Shown here piece by piece: positions 30,152 through 39,699 of a stretch of DNA of 64,000 nt. The position numbers and the translations under genes were made by a program. Every line of letters starts with the position of its first letter. Within the stretch, counting starts at the first letter, position 1. The notes below the pieces were generated by a model that saw only the letters and a list, made by a program, of their open reading frames with translations, did not search any database and was not told the DNA's origin. Origin of the DNA: an uncultured Lentisphaeraceae bacterium (GTDB lineage Bacteria > Verrucomicrobiota > Kiritimatiellia > RFP12 > DVOR01); contig CASEMQ010000034.1 in NCBI GenBank assembly GCA_949289005.1, positions 59,964-123,963 of the forward strand. The letters are read 5' to 3'.

Positions 30152-30338
30152 GTTGTCGATAACCTGTCGATAAGTCTCACGGCGTATCGCGGGGGGAGAT
30201 GCGCCGTGCCTCGCTTCGGGATACGGCGCATCTCGGGGAACGACCCCGCTCCCTGATTGAAAAAGAGGATTTGCGCCTCCTTCGGTCCCGATCCGTCTCA
30301 ACAGGTTTTCAACGGATTTCCGAAAGTTTTCAACAAGG
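30152..30338 (-). repeat. structured intergenic repeat element, copy 2 of 3 (minus orientation)
   Basis: Reverse complement aligns to copies 1 and 3. Hairpin GAGATGCGCCGT/ACGGCGCATCTC. TGTCGATAAC duplicated at one end. Confidence 0.6.
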
Positions 30339-30724
30339 CATTGCCGAACAAAACAAGGCGTCCCCGTACTTTCGCGTCGCGCACACAAAAAGCCGGTTTT
30401 GCCGGGGGTACGCTTCGTGGCGGATGGGCGGGTCGCCGGCGGAATCGCCGGTGCGCACCGCGCAAGGGGCTTTTGGGATGCGCCGGTCGCCCTTTTCCAA
30501 TCAGGGCGCGGGGCCATTTCCCGGGATGTGCCGCATCGCCCATCGAGACGCGCCGTGTCCCATCCCGGCACGTATCGGCAACCTCCGTCGATAACGTCGC
30601 GCGTTCCCGAGGCGTTCGCGTCCCTTGCCTTGGCGCTTGCGCGCACGGACACAACCAATCCGCAATCCCCGCGCCTCCCCGACATATTTTTTTTGCCTTT
30701 TCGCGTAAGTTTGCCCCGGCAAGG

Positions 30725-30733
30725 TGCTAATAT
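30725..30733 (+). promoter_or_regulatory. candidate extended -10 promoter TGcTAATAT for the giant surface protein gene
   Basis: TGCTAATAT 33 nt upstream of ATG 30766 with RBS GGAGG. Confidence 0.35.
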
Positions 30734-30765
30734 AGGGTGTATTTCATTTCAACCGGAGGTGCGCG

Positions 30766-33700
30766 ATGAAGAGCGTTCTGTATGTTTGCGCCACTTTGCT
30801 GGGCGTGGTTCCTTTTGCGGCGGCGCAGACGGATTACGCGTCCATCTATACTTGGGAAATCGTTGATGGCGAGGCCCATATTTTGGATGTCAAAACAACG
30901 CTTTCCGGGGAAGTCGCGATTCCTGCCGAGTTGGATGGCTATCCTGTGACATCCGTTGGTGTCGCGGAACTTCCTGACGGACTCGCGGCCAAGGCGGGGC
31001 GCGATGGGTTCAATGGGCAGACCCGCATCACGGCGGTAACGATTCCACCGAGCGTCAAAACAATCGGCGACGACGCCTTCCGTGGGTGCACCGCGTTGGA
31101 GCGTGTGGCGCTCTCCTCCCCTGTGACGATCGGGGATTTTGCCTTCCGCGATTGCACTTCACTGCGGGAATTGGACGCGACGTATTTTCCGACGACGACC
31201 GTCTACTCCGGGTCTGAAGCCAATACGGCCTTTTATGGATGCGCCAATCTGCGCTTTGTGGGGCCGGAGAGCAAGGTCGTCGACGGGTCATTGGTCGATT
31301 GCCAGACGCTGGTTCGTGCGGCTGCCGGGACGGAGGAGGTCACGGTCCCGGAGGAAATCACGATGTTGGGGTATGCGGCTTTCGGCGGTTCGTCGCAACT
31401 GAAAACCGTCCACTTTATGGGACCGCCCCCATCGTGGTTTTACTGGAACGCGCCGGCTGACAATTGTGTCTTTTCCCCTTCCATCACCACGGTCACTTAT
31501 CGTTCCAAGTATGCCGCGGAGTGGGAGTCTTTTCTTGACGGGAAGAAAACCTGGACCGTTCAGTGCGCGGTGCTCAATGGCAATTCCTATCCCGTCCGCA
31601 CCATGACCTTCAACGTTGAGCCTTATGGCACGTGGGCACTCCAAGGGAACGCCAAGTATCTGACGTTTGAGGGTGGCACGGTGACGGGGCTTTCCAACAA
31701 GTCCGTTTCGGGCGAATTGGCGATTCCTGCGGAATATGACGGGCAGACGATCACGGGCATTTATCAGGACGCGTTCACGGACTGCACGCGCATCACGTCG
31801 GTGACGGTGCCGGGGACGGTTTCGACGATTGGCTTTCGCACGTTTGTGCGGATGACGGGCATGAAGGAAATCGTCTTCCAGGAGGGCGTGCAGGAAATCA
31901 CGTGGGGGGCGTTCTCGGATTGCACGGCGCTCAACCGCATCGTCATCCCGGCCAGTTGCACACGTATCGACGAGATCGCTTTCGACACGTGCGGGAAAAT
32001 CACGTTCGAGGTCGCCTCGGACAACCCCACGTATACCGCGGTCGATGGCGCCTTGTTGTCCAAAGACGGCCGGACGTTGGTTTTTGCCCCGGGTAGCGTC
32101 ACAAGCTACACGATTCCGGAAACGGTGACGGATGTTGCCGCGTTCGCGTTCGGAACGGATCAGCCGATTGCTTCGATCGACGTGCCGAGTTCCGTGTCCT
32201 ATTTGCCATCGACATGCTGTTGGTATAACACGACCGTCCGAAAGATTACCTTTCACGGCAATCCGCCGGAGGGCGGCATACCGGATGTCAATGTATGGAT
32301 CGAGGGGAACCCGTGGCCAACCACGGTGACGGGCTATTACCCGAAGTCGCGGGAGACGGCGTGGAAGGCGGCGATGGCGGCGGACGACGACGGGGACGAC
32401 GCCAAGTGGCATGGGCTGAAGATGGCGTCTTACCAGGACATCACGGGGCCGGCGCAGTATCTGACGTATGACGGCGGCACGGTCTCTGGCATTTCCAACA
32501 AGGGTGCCTCGGGCGCGCTGGTGATTCCGGACGAGATCGCGGACACGCCAATCTGGGCGATTTCCCAGGACGCGTTCACGGATTGCACGCGGATCACGTC
32601 GGTGACGGTGCCGGGGACGGTTTCGACGATCGGGAACCGTACGTTTGTGCGGATGACGGGCCTGAAGGAGATCGTCTTCCAAGAGGGCGTGCAGGAAATC
32701 ATGTGGGGGGCGTTCTCGGACTGCACGGCGCTCAACCGCATTGTCATCCCCGCCAGTTGCACAAGTATCGATGAGAGCGCCTTCGACACGTGCTACGAGA
32801 TTGCCTTTGAGGTTTCGCCGGACAACCCGGTCTACAAGTCGGTGGATGGCGCGTTGCTGACGAAGGACGGCACGAAGCTGATTTACGCGCCCGGGAACGT
32901 CACGGCCTACACAATCCCGGACACGGTGACGGAAATCGCGCGGTATGCTTTTGGCGCGGGGCAATCGCTGGGGGCGGTGAAGTTGGCCTCGGTGACGGTC
33001 CCGAAATCGGTGGAGACGATTCCGGAGAGTGCCTTCGCGTTCGGGTTCGGCGCGGTGAACGTGGACGCGGGCAACCCGAACTTCTCGTCCGAGAACGGCG
33101 TGCTTTACGACAAGGACAAGACGGCGTTGCTCCATGTCCCCACGACGGCCACGTCGTTCACGGTGCCGGATTCGGTGACGCGCATCGGGATGGGGGCGCT
33201 TTCCGAATGTGCGCTCACGTCTGTCGTTTTCTCGGACATGGGCACGTTGCGAGAAATCGGCGACCAGGCGTTCTGGGGCAGCAAACTCCGGACGCTGACG
33301 CTTCCCGAAGGCGTGGAACGCCTTGGATACGAAATCGCCGGCTGTTGCGAGAGCCTCTCGACGATTGTCTTCCCGGAGACGTTGACGGACTTGGGCGGGC
33401 AAGGTTTCACGGATTGTGATGCCTTGCGGCGGGTGGAGTTTCATGGCCTGCCGCCGTCGGAGGGAAGCACAGGCATCGTGCTCTATCATAACGCGGCGAA
33501 GGGCTATTATCCCGCAAGCTACGCGCCTGCCTGGGAGGCCGTGCTCAACGCGGACGGCACGTGGGGCGAAGGTATGCCGGAATATGGCCTTTACGCGCTC
33601 GCGATGGCCGTCTATGACGATGCGCCGACGGGGACGATGGCGCAACTGGAGTTCGCGGAGAATGGCGAGGGGGTGACGCTTGTCAAGGTGCCGGCCGGGT

Positions 33701-36300
33701 TTTCCGGGGCGTTGACGATCCCCGCGACGTGGCGTGTGGCGCGAGGCGAGGGTGCGTACGAGCGTTTGCCCGTGACGGCGATCGCGCCGGGGGCGTTCGC
33801 GGGGTGCACGCGTTTGACCTCGGTGGTCATCCCAGGCTCGGTGAGGACGGTGGGAGACGGCGTCTTCGCCGGGTGTTCCGCCCTGACGGCGGTCACCTTC
33901 CAAGAGGGGGTCGGGCGGCTGGAGGGGGTGGTCTTCGCGGACTGCGCGAAGTTGGCGAAGGTGAAGATGCCCGCGACGCTGACGGCCATCGCGCGCACGC
34001 CTTTCCTGGAGGCTTGCCCGGAAATCGCCTTCGAGGTGGCGTCGGACAATCCGGTCTATCAATCGAGCGGCGGCGCGTTGCTGGACGCGGGGTGCACGCG
34101 GTTGCTGGTCGGCCCGGGCAACGTGGCGACGTATGTGGTGCCGGCGGGGGTGACGGCAATCGCGGACTACGCGTTCGCGGCGGGGCAGTCGTTGGGAACC
34201 GTCAAACTCGCGACGGTCACGGTGCCGGCGGGCGTGACGGCGATTGGCGACTATGCCTTTGCCTTCGGCATCGACAAGGTGAACGTGGCGGAGGGGGACC
34301 CGGCCTATGCCTCCGTGGACGGCGCGCTTTTCGACAAGACCAAGCGCACCTTGCTGCACGTGCCTTGCACGCCGACGACCTTTGCCATCCCGGAGGGCGT
34401 GGAGACAATCGCCGCCGGCGCGTTCTCCGCATGCGCGGTCACGGCGATAACCATCCCGGAGGGTGTGACGGACATCGGCGGCGACGCGTTTGTCGGGTGC
34501 ACGCGCCTGACGGCGCTGACGTTGCCGGCGTCGTTGCGCGCGTGGGGCGGCGACGGCGGCGTGTCGTTGGATACATGCACGGCACTTGCCACCATCACCT
34601 TCACCGGACAGCCCGATACGTTGGAGATCGACGGGGCCACGTGGCCGGCAAAGGCGAAAGGGCGCTATCCCGCGCTCTGGACGGGCTATTGGGAGGCCGC
34701 GCTGGACGAGGCGGGCACCTTCCATGGCCTGCCGATGGTCGCCTATGCGCCGACTGGCGCGGCGGGTTCGCTGACCTATGACCCCACGAGCACCGACCCC
34801 GTCGTGACGGGCATCGCCACCTCGGCCGGCGGTGCGTTGGAGATCCCGCAGGGCGTGACGGCCATCGCGCCGGGCGCGCTTGACGGCGCCTCGCGGCTGA
34901 CCGCCGTGACGGTGCCGGGTTCCGTCGCCACCATTCAGGCCGGCACGTTCACGAACCTGGCCGGGCTTGCGACGGTGACGTTGCAAGAGGGCGTGACGCG
35001 GATTGAGGCGGGGGCGTTCGAGGGTTGCGCCAAGCTGACAAAGGTGGTCATCCCCGCTTCCTGCACGGCCATCGATCCCCGCGCTTTCGCGAATTGCCCG
35101 GACATCGCCATCGAGGTGGCCGAGGGCAACCCGGTCTACGCCTCTGTGGATGGCGCGTTGCTGAGCAAGGATGGCACGGTGCTGTATCTTGCGCCCGGCA
35201 ACGTCACGGCCTATGCCATCCCGGGAACGGTCACGACAATCGCCTCGGGGGCCTTTGGCGCGGGGCAGGCGCAGGGAAGCAAGAAGTTGGCCTCGGTGAC
35301 AATCCCGGCCTCGGTCGTGAAAATCGCGGAGGGCGCGTTCGCGGGCTTTGGCAAGGTGACGGTGGCGGATGGGAACCCGGCCTATGCCTCCACGTCGGAC
35401 GGTGCGTTGTTCGACAAGGCGCGCACGACCCTGTTCCATGTGCCCAACACGTTGTCCGGGGCTTACACGGTGCCCGAGGGCGTCGCGACGATCGCGGCGG
35501 AGGCGTTCCGCGATTGCACGGCGCTCACCGCCGTGACCTTCCCCACCACGCTCGCAGCCATTGGGCGCGATGCGTTCGCCGGTTGCACGAAGGTTGGCAC
35601 GCTCACTTTCCTGGGGCTTCCGCCCGCGACGGTGGGCGAGGGCGCCTTTGGCACGTGCACAGCGGGCGCGTATCCCAACGCCTATTGGGAGGAATGGGTG
35701 GCAGCCATGGGGGCGGAGGGCGTTTGGCACGGCTTGGCCATGTCGACCACGCCCTTCACCACCATCGTCCGTCGCGTCGGCAGCGGCACGGTGAACGACG
35801 GCGCCACGAACATCACGACCTTCCCGCGGACGATGAGCTATCAGCCCGGGCAGACGGTCACGCTCACGGCCACGCCCGCCAAAGGCTACGTCTTCCTGGG
35901 GTGGTCGGGCGCCGGCATCGAGACGCACGGCGCGGAGGCGACCTTCCCCGCCGGCGGCGCGCCGGAGATCACGGCCCATTTCGTCACGCAAGCCGTGGCC
36001 GATTCGATGGAGGCGGTCGGCGTCGGCGGCATGGATTCCTCCTTGGAGGAGGCGCTCGCCAATGGCGATGTGTTCACCAAGGAGCAGATCCAGGAGATGG
36101 CCTTCGGCGCGCCGCTCTTCGAGGTAAAGGACGGCGAGGCGACCATCGGGCTCACCTTGCGCACCGCCGAGGCGCTTGACGGCGACTGGGAAGCGCTCAA
36201 GCCGAGCGATGTCGTCGTCGGCGCGGACGGGACCATCTCCATCAAGGTCTCGGTCGAGGGGAAGACGCGCTTCTATAAGTTCGTCGTCCCGGAAAAGTGA
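30766..36300 (+). CDS. giant secreted cell-surface protein with BspA-type leucine-rich repeats and C-terminal Listeria-Bacteroides (Flg_new) repeat domain
   Basis: 1844 aa with signal peptide. Reiterated modules IPxSVxxIGxxAFxxCxxLxxV (LRR_5/BspA type) in 4-5 ~265-aa super-repeats. C-terminal GYVFLGWSG motif. Confidence 0.8.
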   Translation: MKSVLYVCATLLGVVPFAAAQTDYASIYTWEIVDGEAHILDVKTTLSGEVAIPAELDGYPVTSVGVAELPDGLAAKAGRDGFNGQTRITAVTIPPSVKTIGDDAFRGCTALERVALSSPVTIGDFAFRDCTSLRELDATYFPTTTVYSGSEANTAFYGCANLRFVGPESKVVDGSLVDCQTLVRAAAGTEEVTVPEEITMLGYAAFGGSSQLKTVHFMGPPPSWFYWNAPADNCVFSPSITTVTYRSKYAAEWESFLDGKKTWTVQCAVLNGNSYPVRTMTFNVEPYGTWALQGNAKYLTFEGGTVTGLSNKSVSGELAIPAEYDGQTITGIYQDAFTDCTRITSVTVPGTVSTIGFRTFVRMTGMKEIVFQEGVQEITWGAFSDCTALNRIVIPASCTRIDEIAFDTCGKITFEVASDNPTYTAVDGALLSKDGRTLVFAPGSVTSYTIPETVTDVAAFAFGTDQPIASIDVPSSVSYLPSTCCWYNTTVRKITFHGNPPEGGIPDVNVWIEGNPWPTTVTGYYPKSRETAWKAAMAADDDGDDAKWHGLKMASYQDITGPAQYLTYDGGTVSGISNKGASGALVIPDEIADTPIWAISQDAFTDCTRITSVTVPGTVSTIGNRTFVRMTGLKEIVFQEGVQEIMWGAFSDCTALNRIVIPASCTSIDESAFDTCYEIAFEVSPDNPVYKSVDGALLTKDGTKLIYAPGNVTAYTIPDTVTEIARYAFGAGQSLGAVKLASVTVPKSVETIPESAFAFGFGAVNVDAGNPNFSSENGVLYDKDKTALLHVPTTATSFTVPDSVTRIGMGALSECALTSVVFSDMGTLREIGDQAFWGSKLRTLTLPEGVERLGYEIAGCCESLSTIVFPETLTDLGGQGFTDCDALRRVEFHGLPPSEGSTGIVLYHNAAKGYYPASYAPAWEAVLNADGTWGEGMPEYGLYALAMAVYDDAPTGTMAQLEFAENGEGVTLVKVPAGFSGALTIPATWRVARGEGAYERLPVTAIAPGAFAGCTRLTSVVIPGSVRTVGDGVFAGCSALTAVTFQEGVGRLEGVVFADCAKLAKVKMPATLTAIARTPFLEACPEIAFEVASDNPVYQSSGGALLDAGCTRLLVGPGNVATYVVPAGVTAIADYAFAAGQSLGTVKLATVTVPAGVTAIGDYAFAFGIDKVNVAEGDPAYASVDGALFDKTKRTLLHVPCTPTTFAIPEGVETIAAGAFSACAVTAITIPEGVTDIGGDAFVGCTRLTALTLPASLRAWGGDGGVSLDTCTALATITFTGQPDTLEIDGATWPAKAKGRYPALWTGYWEAALDEAGTFHGLPMVAYAPTGAAGSLTYDPTSTDPVVTGIATSAGGALEIPQGVTAIAPGALDGASRLTAVTVPGSVATIQAGTFTNLAGLATVTLQEGVTRIEAGAFEGCAKLTKVVIPASCTAIDPRAFANCPDIAIEVAEGNPVYASVDGALLSKDGTVLYLAPGNVTAYAIPGTVTTIASGAFGAGQAQGSKKLASVTIPASVVKIAEGAFAGFGKVTVADGNPAYASTSDGALFDKARTTLFHVPNTLSGAYTVPEGVATIAAEAFRDCTALTAVTFPTTLAAIGRDAFAGCTKVGTLTFLGLPPATVGEGAFGTCTAGAYPNAYWEEWVAAMGAEGVWHGLAMSTTPFTTIVRRVGSGTVNDGATNITTFPRTMSYQPGQTVTLTATPAKGYVFLGWSGAGIETHGAEATFPAGGAPEITAHFVTQAVADSMEAVGVGGMDSSLEEALANGDVFTKEQIQEMAFGAPLFEVKDGEATIGLTLRTAEALDGDWEALKPSDVVVGADGTISIKVSVEGKTRFYKFVVPEK
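31765..31974 (+). repeat. intragenic near-identical direct repeat A (~95% identical to 32568-32777)
   Basis: e.g. GCGTTCACGGA(C/T)TGCACGCG(C/G)ATCACGTCGGTGACGGTGCCGGGGACGGTTTCGACGAT shared; offset 803 bp. Confidence 0.8.
32568..32777 (+). repeat. intragenic near-identical direct repeat B (partner of 31765-31974)
   Basis: Same ~210-bp segment encoding the AFTDCTRITSVTVPGTVSTIG...ALNRIVIPASCT module. Confidence 0.8.
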
Positions 36301-36320
36301 GCGTTCGCGAAGCGTGCGAC

Positions 36321-36357
36321 GCGGGCGGGAACGCGAAACCGTTCCCGCCCGCGTCTT
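36321..36357 (+). terminator. possible terminator hairpin after the giant gene
   Basis: Perfect 12-bp stem GCGGGCGGGAAC/GTTCCCGCCCGC followed by GTCTTTGG (weak T-run). Confidence 0.4.
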
Positions 36358-36380
36358 TGGGCGATTGTCGGGTGGCATTG

Positions 36381-36389
36381 TGGTAGAAT
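36381..36389 (+). promoter_or_regulatory. extended -10 promoter TGgTAGAAT; leaderless start predicted
   Basis: TGGTAGAAT ends 6 nt before ATG 36396 with no SD. Confidence 0.5.
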
Positions 36390-36395
36390 GGGCGT

Positions 36396-37487
36396 ATGTT
36401 CAGTATCAATTTGGTTTGCGGGGCGCTGGCGGCGTTGATGGCGGTGGGGCCGTTGGCGCGGGTTGGGTTGCCGCGGAGGGCGGTGACCGCGATTGGGCTG
36501 GTTCTGGTGGCGCTGACGCAGCAGGTGGCGGCGCATCGGCTGTTCCGGGCGTCGGTGTTGTCGCCGGACGCGATGCCGGGATGGCTGCTGATGGCGTTGC
36601 TGTGGGGGACGGCGTTCGCGTTGATGGGCGGGGGGCTGACGGTGCTGTGGTGGGTGGCGCGGTGGTGGCGGCTCGCGGTGTCGGGGTGGTGGCCGTTGGC
36701 GTTGGGGGCGGCCGCGGCGACGTTTCTGGTGTGGCAGGGGGAGCGGACGCCGGGGGTGGCGACGTATGCGGTGTCGCTGAAGGGGCTCCCGGAGGAGGCG
36801 CGGGGGTTGCGCGTGGCGGTGCTGGCGGATTTGCACGTGGACGCTTGGCGGGGTGGGGCGTGGTGCGCGCGCGTGGTGGAGCGGGTGAACGCGGCAAAGC
36901 CGGATTTGATTGTCTTCACGGGCGACCAGGCGGATGGCTCGCTGGCGTCGCGGATGGCGGATTTGGCGCCCTTGGCGGGGTTGCGCGCGCCGCTGGGCAA
37001 GTTTCTCGTCACGGGCAACCATGAGCATTATTTCGAGACGGCGGGCTATCTGCGCTTCTACGAGGGGCTGGGCATCACGGTGCTGGATGGGCGGACGGCG
37101 ACGGTGCGTGGGTTGGGGCTCGTTGGGCTGCCAGATCGGCGGTCGCTGACGCGATTGGGGGACGATTCGGCGCACCTGGAGCGTTTGGTGCGGCAACTGC
37201 CTGGAGGCGTGGCGCCGGTGCTGTTGGTGCACAAGCCGGGGATCGCGCCGGAGGCGGACGCGCTAGGGGTGGCATTGCAACTTTCCGGGCATACGCACGG
37301 CGGGCAAATCCCGGGCGTGGCGATGATTATCCGCAAACTCAACAATGGGTTTGTGCGCGGGTGGTATACGTTGCCGGGGGGCATGCGGCTGTTCGTGGCC
37401 AAGGGCGGTGGCGTGTGGCTTGGCTTCCCTTATCGTCTGTGGCCGCCGGAAATCCCGGTTTTGACGTTGTTCCCGGCGGAGGCGTGA
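36396..37487 (+). CDS. membrane-anchored metallophosphoesterase (calcineurin-like, YkuE-type)
   Basis: N-terminal TM helices and phosphoesterase motifs DLHVD, GDQADG, GNHEHY, GHTHGG. Confidence 0.7.
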   Translation: MFSINLVCGALAALMAVGPLARVGLPRRAVTAIGLVLVALTQQVAAHRLFRASVLSPDAMPGWLLMALLWGTAFALMGGGLTVLWWVARWWRLAVSGWWPLALGAAAATFLVWQGERTPGVATYAVSLKGLPEEARGLRVAVLADLHVDAWRGGAWCARVVERVNAAKPDLIVFTGDQADGSLASRMADLAPLAGLRAPLGKFLVTGNHEHYFETAGYLRFYEGLGITVLDGRTATVRGLGLVGLPDRRSLTRLGDDSAHLERLVRQLPGGVAPVLLVHKPGIAPEADALGVALQLSGHTHGGQIPGVAMIIRKLNNGFVRGWYTLPGGMRLFVAKGGGVWLGFPYRLWPPEIPVLTLFPAEA

Positions 37488-37597
37488 GCGGCGCGCCGGC
37501 GCGCGCGAAATACGCGGGCGCGGGTGCGTGCCGCGACGTTTTGGGCGGAGAAAATGCGCTTCTGTCGTGGGCGAGTGTGCGTTTACGGCGATTGTGC

Positions 37598-37626
37598 TTG
37601 CTTTTTTGCTTGCGTTGGGGCATACT
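37598..37626 (+). promoter_or_regulatory. candidate promoter TTGCTT-17-CATACT
   Basis: Hexamers with a 17-bp spacer, ~35 nt upstream of ATG 37661. Confidence 0.45.
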
Positions 37627-37660
37627 TTGTCTTGTCAAGGTCGTTATGGAAAGATAGCGT

Positions 37661-38104
37661 ATGCGAAAAGGATGGCTTATCGTGGTGTGCGCCGGGCTGG
37701 CTTTGGGTCAGGCCGTGGCGGAGGAAACGCCGGTCGCGGAATACGCGACGCGCCAGGAGGAGCGCATCGCCGCGCGTGTCAAGCAGGAGCGTACGGTGCG
37801 GCGGCAACTGCAGGTGGAGTATCTCCTGCGGCAGGATTACGCGAACGACATGATCCGCGAGCGCACCAAGATGGCGCGCTCCGGCAAACTTTCCACGCCG
37901 GAGGTGGAAAAGTTGCGCGAGGCGCGCGCCGCGCTCATCAAGCAGGTGGGCGATCTGGACAAGCAGATTGAGGAAGCGTCGTTGAAGGCGCCCGAGATCG
38001 TCGAACTCGATGCCGTGCGCAAGGCCAATGACGAGCGGTTGGAGGCGTTGCGCGCCGAGCTGGTGCCGGAGGTCCGGCATGATGCCAAGCCGGCGGCGAA
38101 ATGA
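37661..38104 (+). CDS. small secreted coiled-coil hypothetical protein
   Basis: Signal peptide MRKGWLIVVCAGLALGQAVA, then charged helical region; 147 aa. Confidence 0.5.
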   Translation: MRKGWLIVVCAGLALGQAVAEETPVAEYATRQEERIAARVKQERTVRRQLQVEYLLRQDYANDMIRERTKMARSGKLSTPEVEKLREARAALIKQVGDLDKQIEEASLKAPEIVELDAVRKANDERLEALRAELVPEVRHDAKPAAK

Positions 38105-38127
38105 CATTTTCTGAAGGAGACTAGGCC

Positions 38128-39696
38128 ATGACACAGACGAAGCAACCCGGTCAGCGTAAACCGCGCATTTTGATTGTAACGCCGGAGATTACCTATCTGC
38201 CCGCAGGCATGGGCAATATGGCCGACAAGTTGAGCGCGAAAGCAGGCGGCTTGGCGGACGTTTCGGCCAGCTTGGTGGCGAGCCTGTTCACGTTGGGCGC
38301 GGATGTCCATGTGGCGTTGCCGCACTACCGCCGGATGTTCCATGTGGATGTGGGGCGCCTCATCAGCGATGAGTTGCGCAAGTATCAGGCGCACCTGCCC
38401 GATTCGCGCATCCACCTGGCGGAGGACCGTTGTTTCTACTATCGCGACACCGTCTATTCGCAGGGCGACGAGAACCCGCACTTGGCGTTGGCCTTCCAGC
38501 GCGAGGTCATCAACAACATCATCCCCACCGTTCAGCCGGACTTGATCCATTGCAACGACTGGATGACGGGGCTGATCCCCGCCGCCGCGCGGCGACTGGG
38601 CATCCCCTGCCTCTTCACCATCCACAACATCCACACCGTCCACCGTTGTCTGAGTGAGATCGAGTACGCGGGTATCGACGCGGCGGAGTTCTGGAAGAAC
38701 CTCTACTATCAGCGGCCGCCCTACGACTACTTCGAGAGCCGCGACACCAACCCGGTGGACTTCCTCACCTCGGGCGTCTTCGCCGCGCACTTCATCAACT
38801 CCGTCTCGCCGACCTTCCTGGAGGAAATCGTGCGGGGGTGGTTCGACTTCATCCCCGGGCAGTTCCGCAACGAGGTCATCTCCAAGTACAACGCGGGGTG
38901 TGCGCGCGGCATCCTCAACGCGCCCGACGACAGCTACAATCCCGAGACAGATCCGAACCTGAAGGTCAACTACGACGCGCGCACCCACCACGCAGCCAAG
39001 ATTTCCAACAAGATGCAGTTCCAGGAGAAGGTCGGCCTCTTCAAGAACCCCGACGCGCCCCTCTTCTTCTGGCCCAGCCGCCTGGACCCCGTTCAGAAGG
39101 GTCCCCAGCTGCTCACGGACATCCTGTACAAGACGTTGGAGAAATACCGGGACGACAACATCCAGTTCGCGGTCGTGGCCAACGGCCCCTATCAGCAGGC
39201 ATTCCGTGACATCCTGGGCTTCCACAATCTCTACGGGCGCTTGGCGGTGTGCGATTTTGACGAGCACATCTCCCGCTTGGGCTATGCCTCCAGCGACTTC
39301 ACCCTGATGCCTTCGCTCTTCGAGCCTTGCGGGTTGCCGCAGATGGTGGCGCCCATCTATGGCTCGCTCACCGTGGCGCACGACACCGGCGGCCTGCACG
39401 ACACCGTGGAACTGCTGGACGTGGAGAAGGGTGTCGGCAATGGCTTCCCCTTCAAGTATTACGACAGCGAGGGCTTGGCCTGGGCCATCGACCGTGCGAT
39501 GGACTTCTACCGTCTGCCGACCGACGTTCGCGAGGCGCAGGTGGCGCGCATCATGGTCGAGTCAAAGAAGCGCTTCAACCACGAGTGCTGCGCCGCCGAG
39601 TACATCAAGATTTACGAGGAAATGCTTCAGCGCCCGCTCACCGAGCTCTTCGACGGCGAGGCCTCGGAGCAGAACCCTTATCACGAAGGACACTGA
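38128..39696 (+). CDS. glgA: glycogen/starch synthase (ADP-glucose type, GT5)
   Basis: KAGGLADV signature and full-length GlgA similarity. Confidence 0.9.
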   Translation: MTQTKQPGQRKPRILIVTPEITYLPAGMGNMADKLSAKAGGLADVSASLVASLFTLGADVHVALPHYRRMFHVDVGRLISDELRKYQAHLPDSRIHLAEDRCFYYRDTVYSQGDENPHLALAFQREVINNIIPTVQPDLIHCNDWMTGLIPAAARRLGIPCLFTIHNIHTVHRCLSEIEYAGIDAAEFWKNLYYQRPPYDYFESRDTNPVDFLTSGVFAAHFINSVSPTFLEEIVRGWFDFIPGQFRNEVISKYNAGCARGILNAPDDSYNPETDPNLKVNYDARTHHAAKISNKMQFQEKVGLFKNPDAPLFFWPSRLDPVQKGPQLLTDILYKTLEKYRDDNIQFAVVANGPYQQAFRDILGFHNLYGRLAVCDFDEHISRLGYASSDFTLMPSLFEPCGLPQMVAPIYGSLTVAHDTGGLHDTVELLDVEKGVGNGFPFKYYDSEGLAWAIDRAMDFYRLPTDVREAQVARIMVESKKRFNHECCAAEYIKIYEEMLQRPLTELFDGEASEQNPYHEGH

Positions 39697-39699
39697 ACC

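Noticed and set aside
31288-36378. 1696-aa minus-strand ORF antisense to the giant LRR gene
   Set aside because: Arg/Gly/Asp-rich and repetitive only because it mirrors the sense-strand repeats. The sense strand has a clear signal peptide, RBS and domains.
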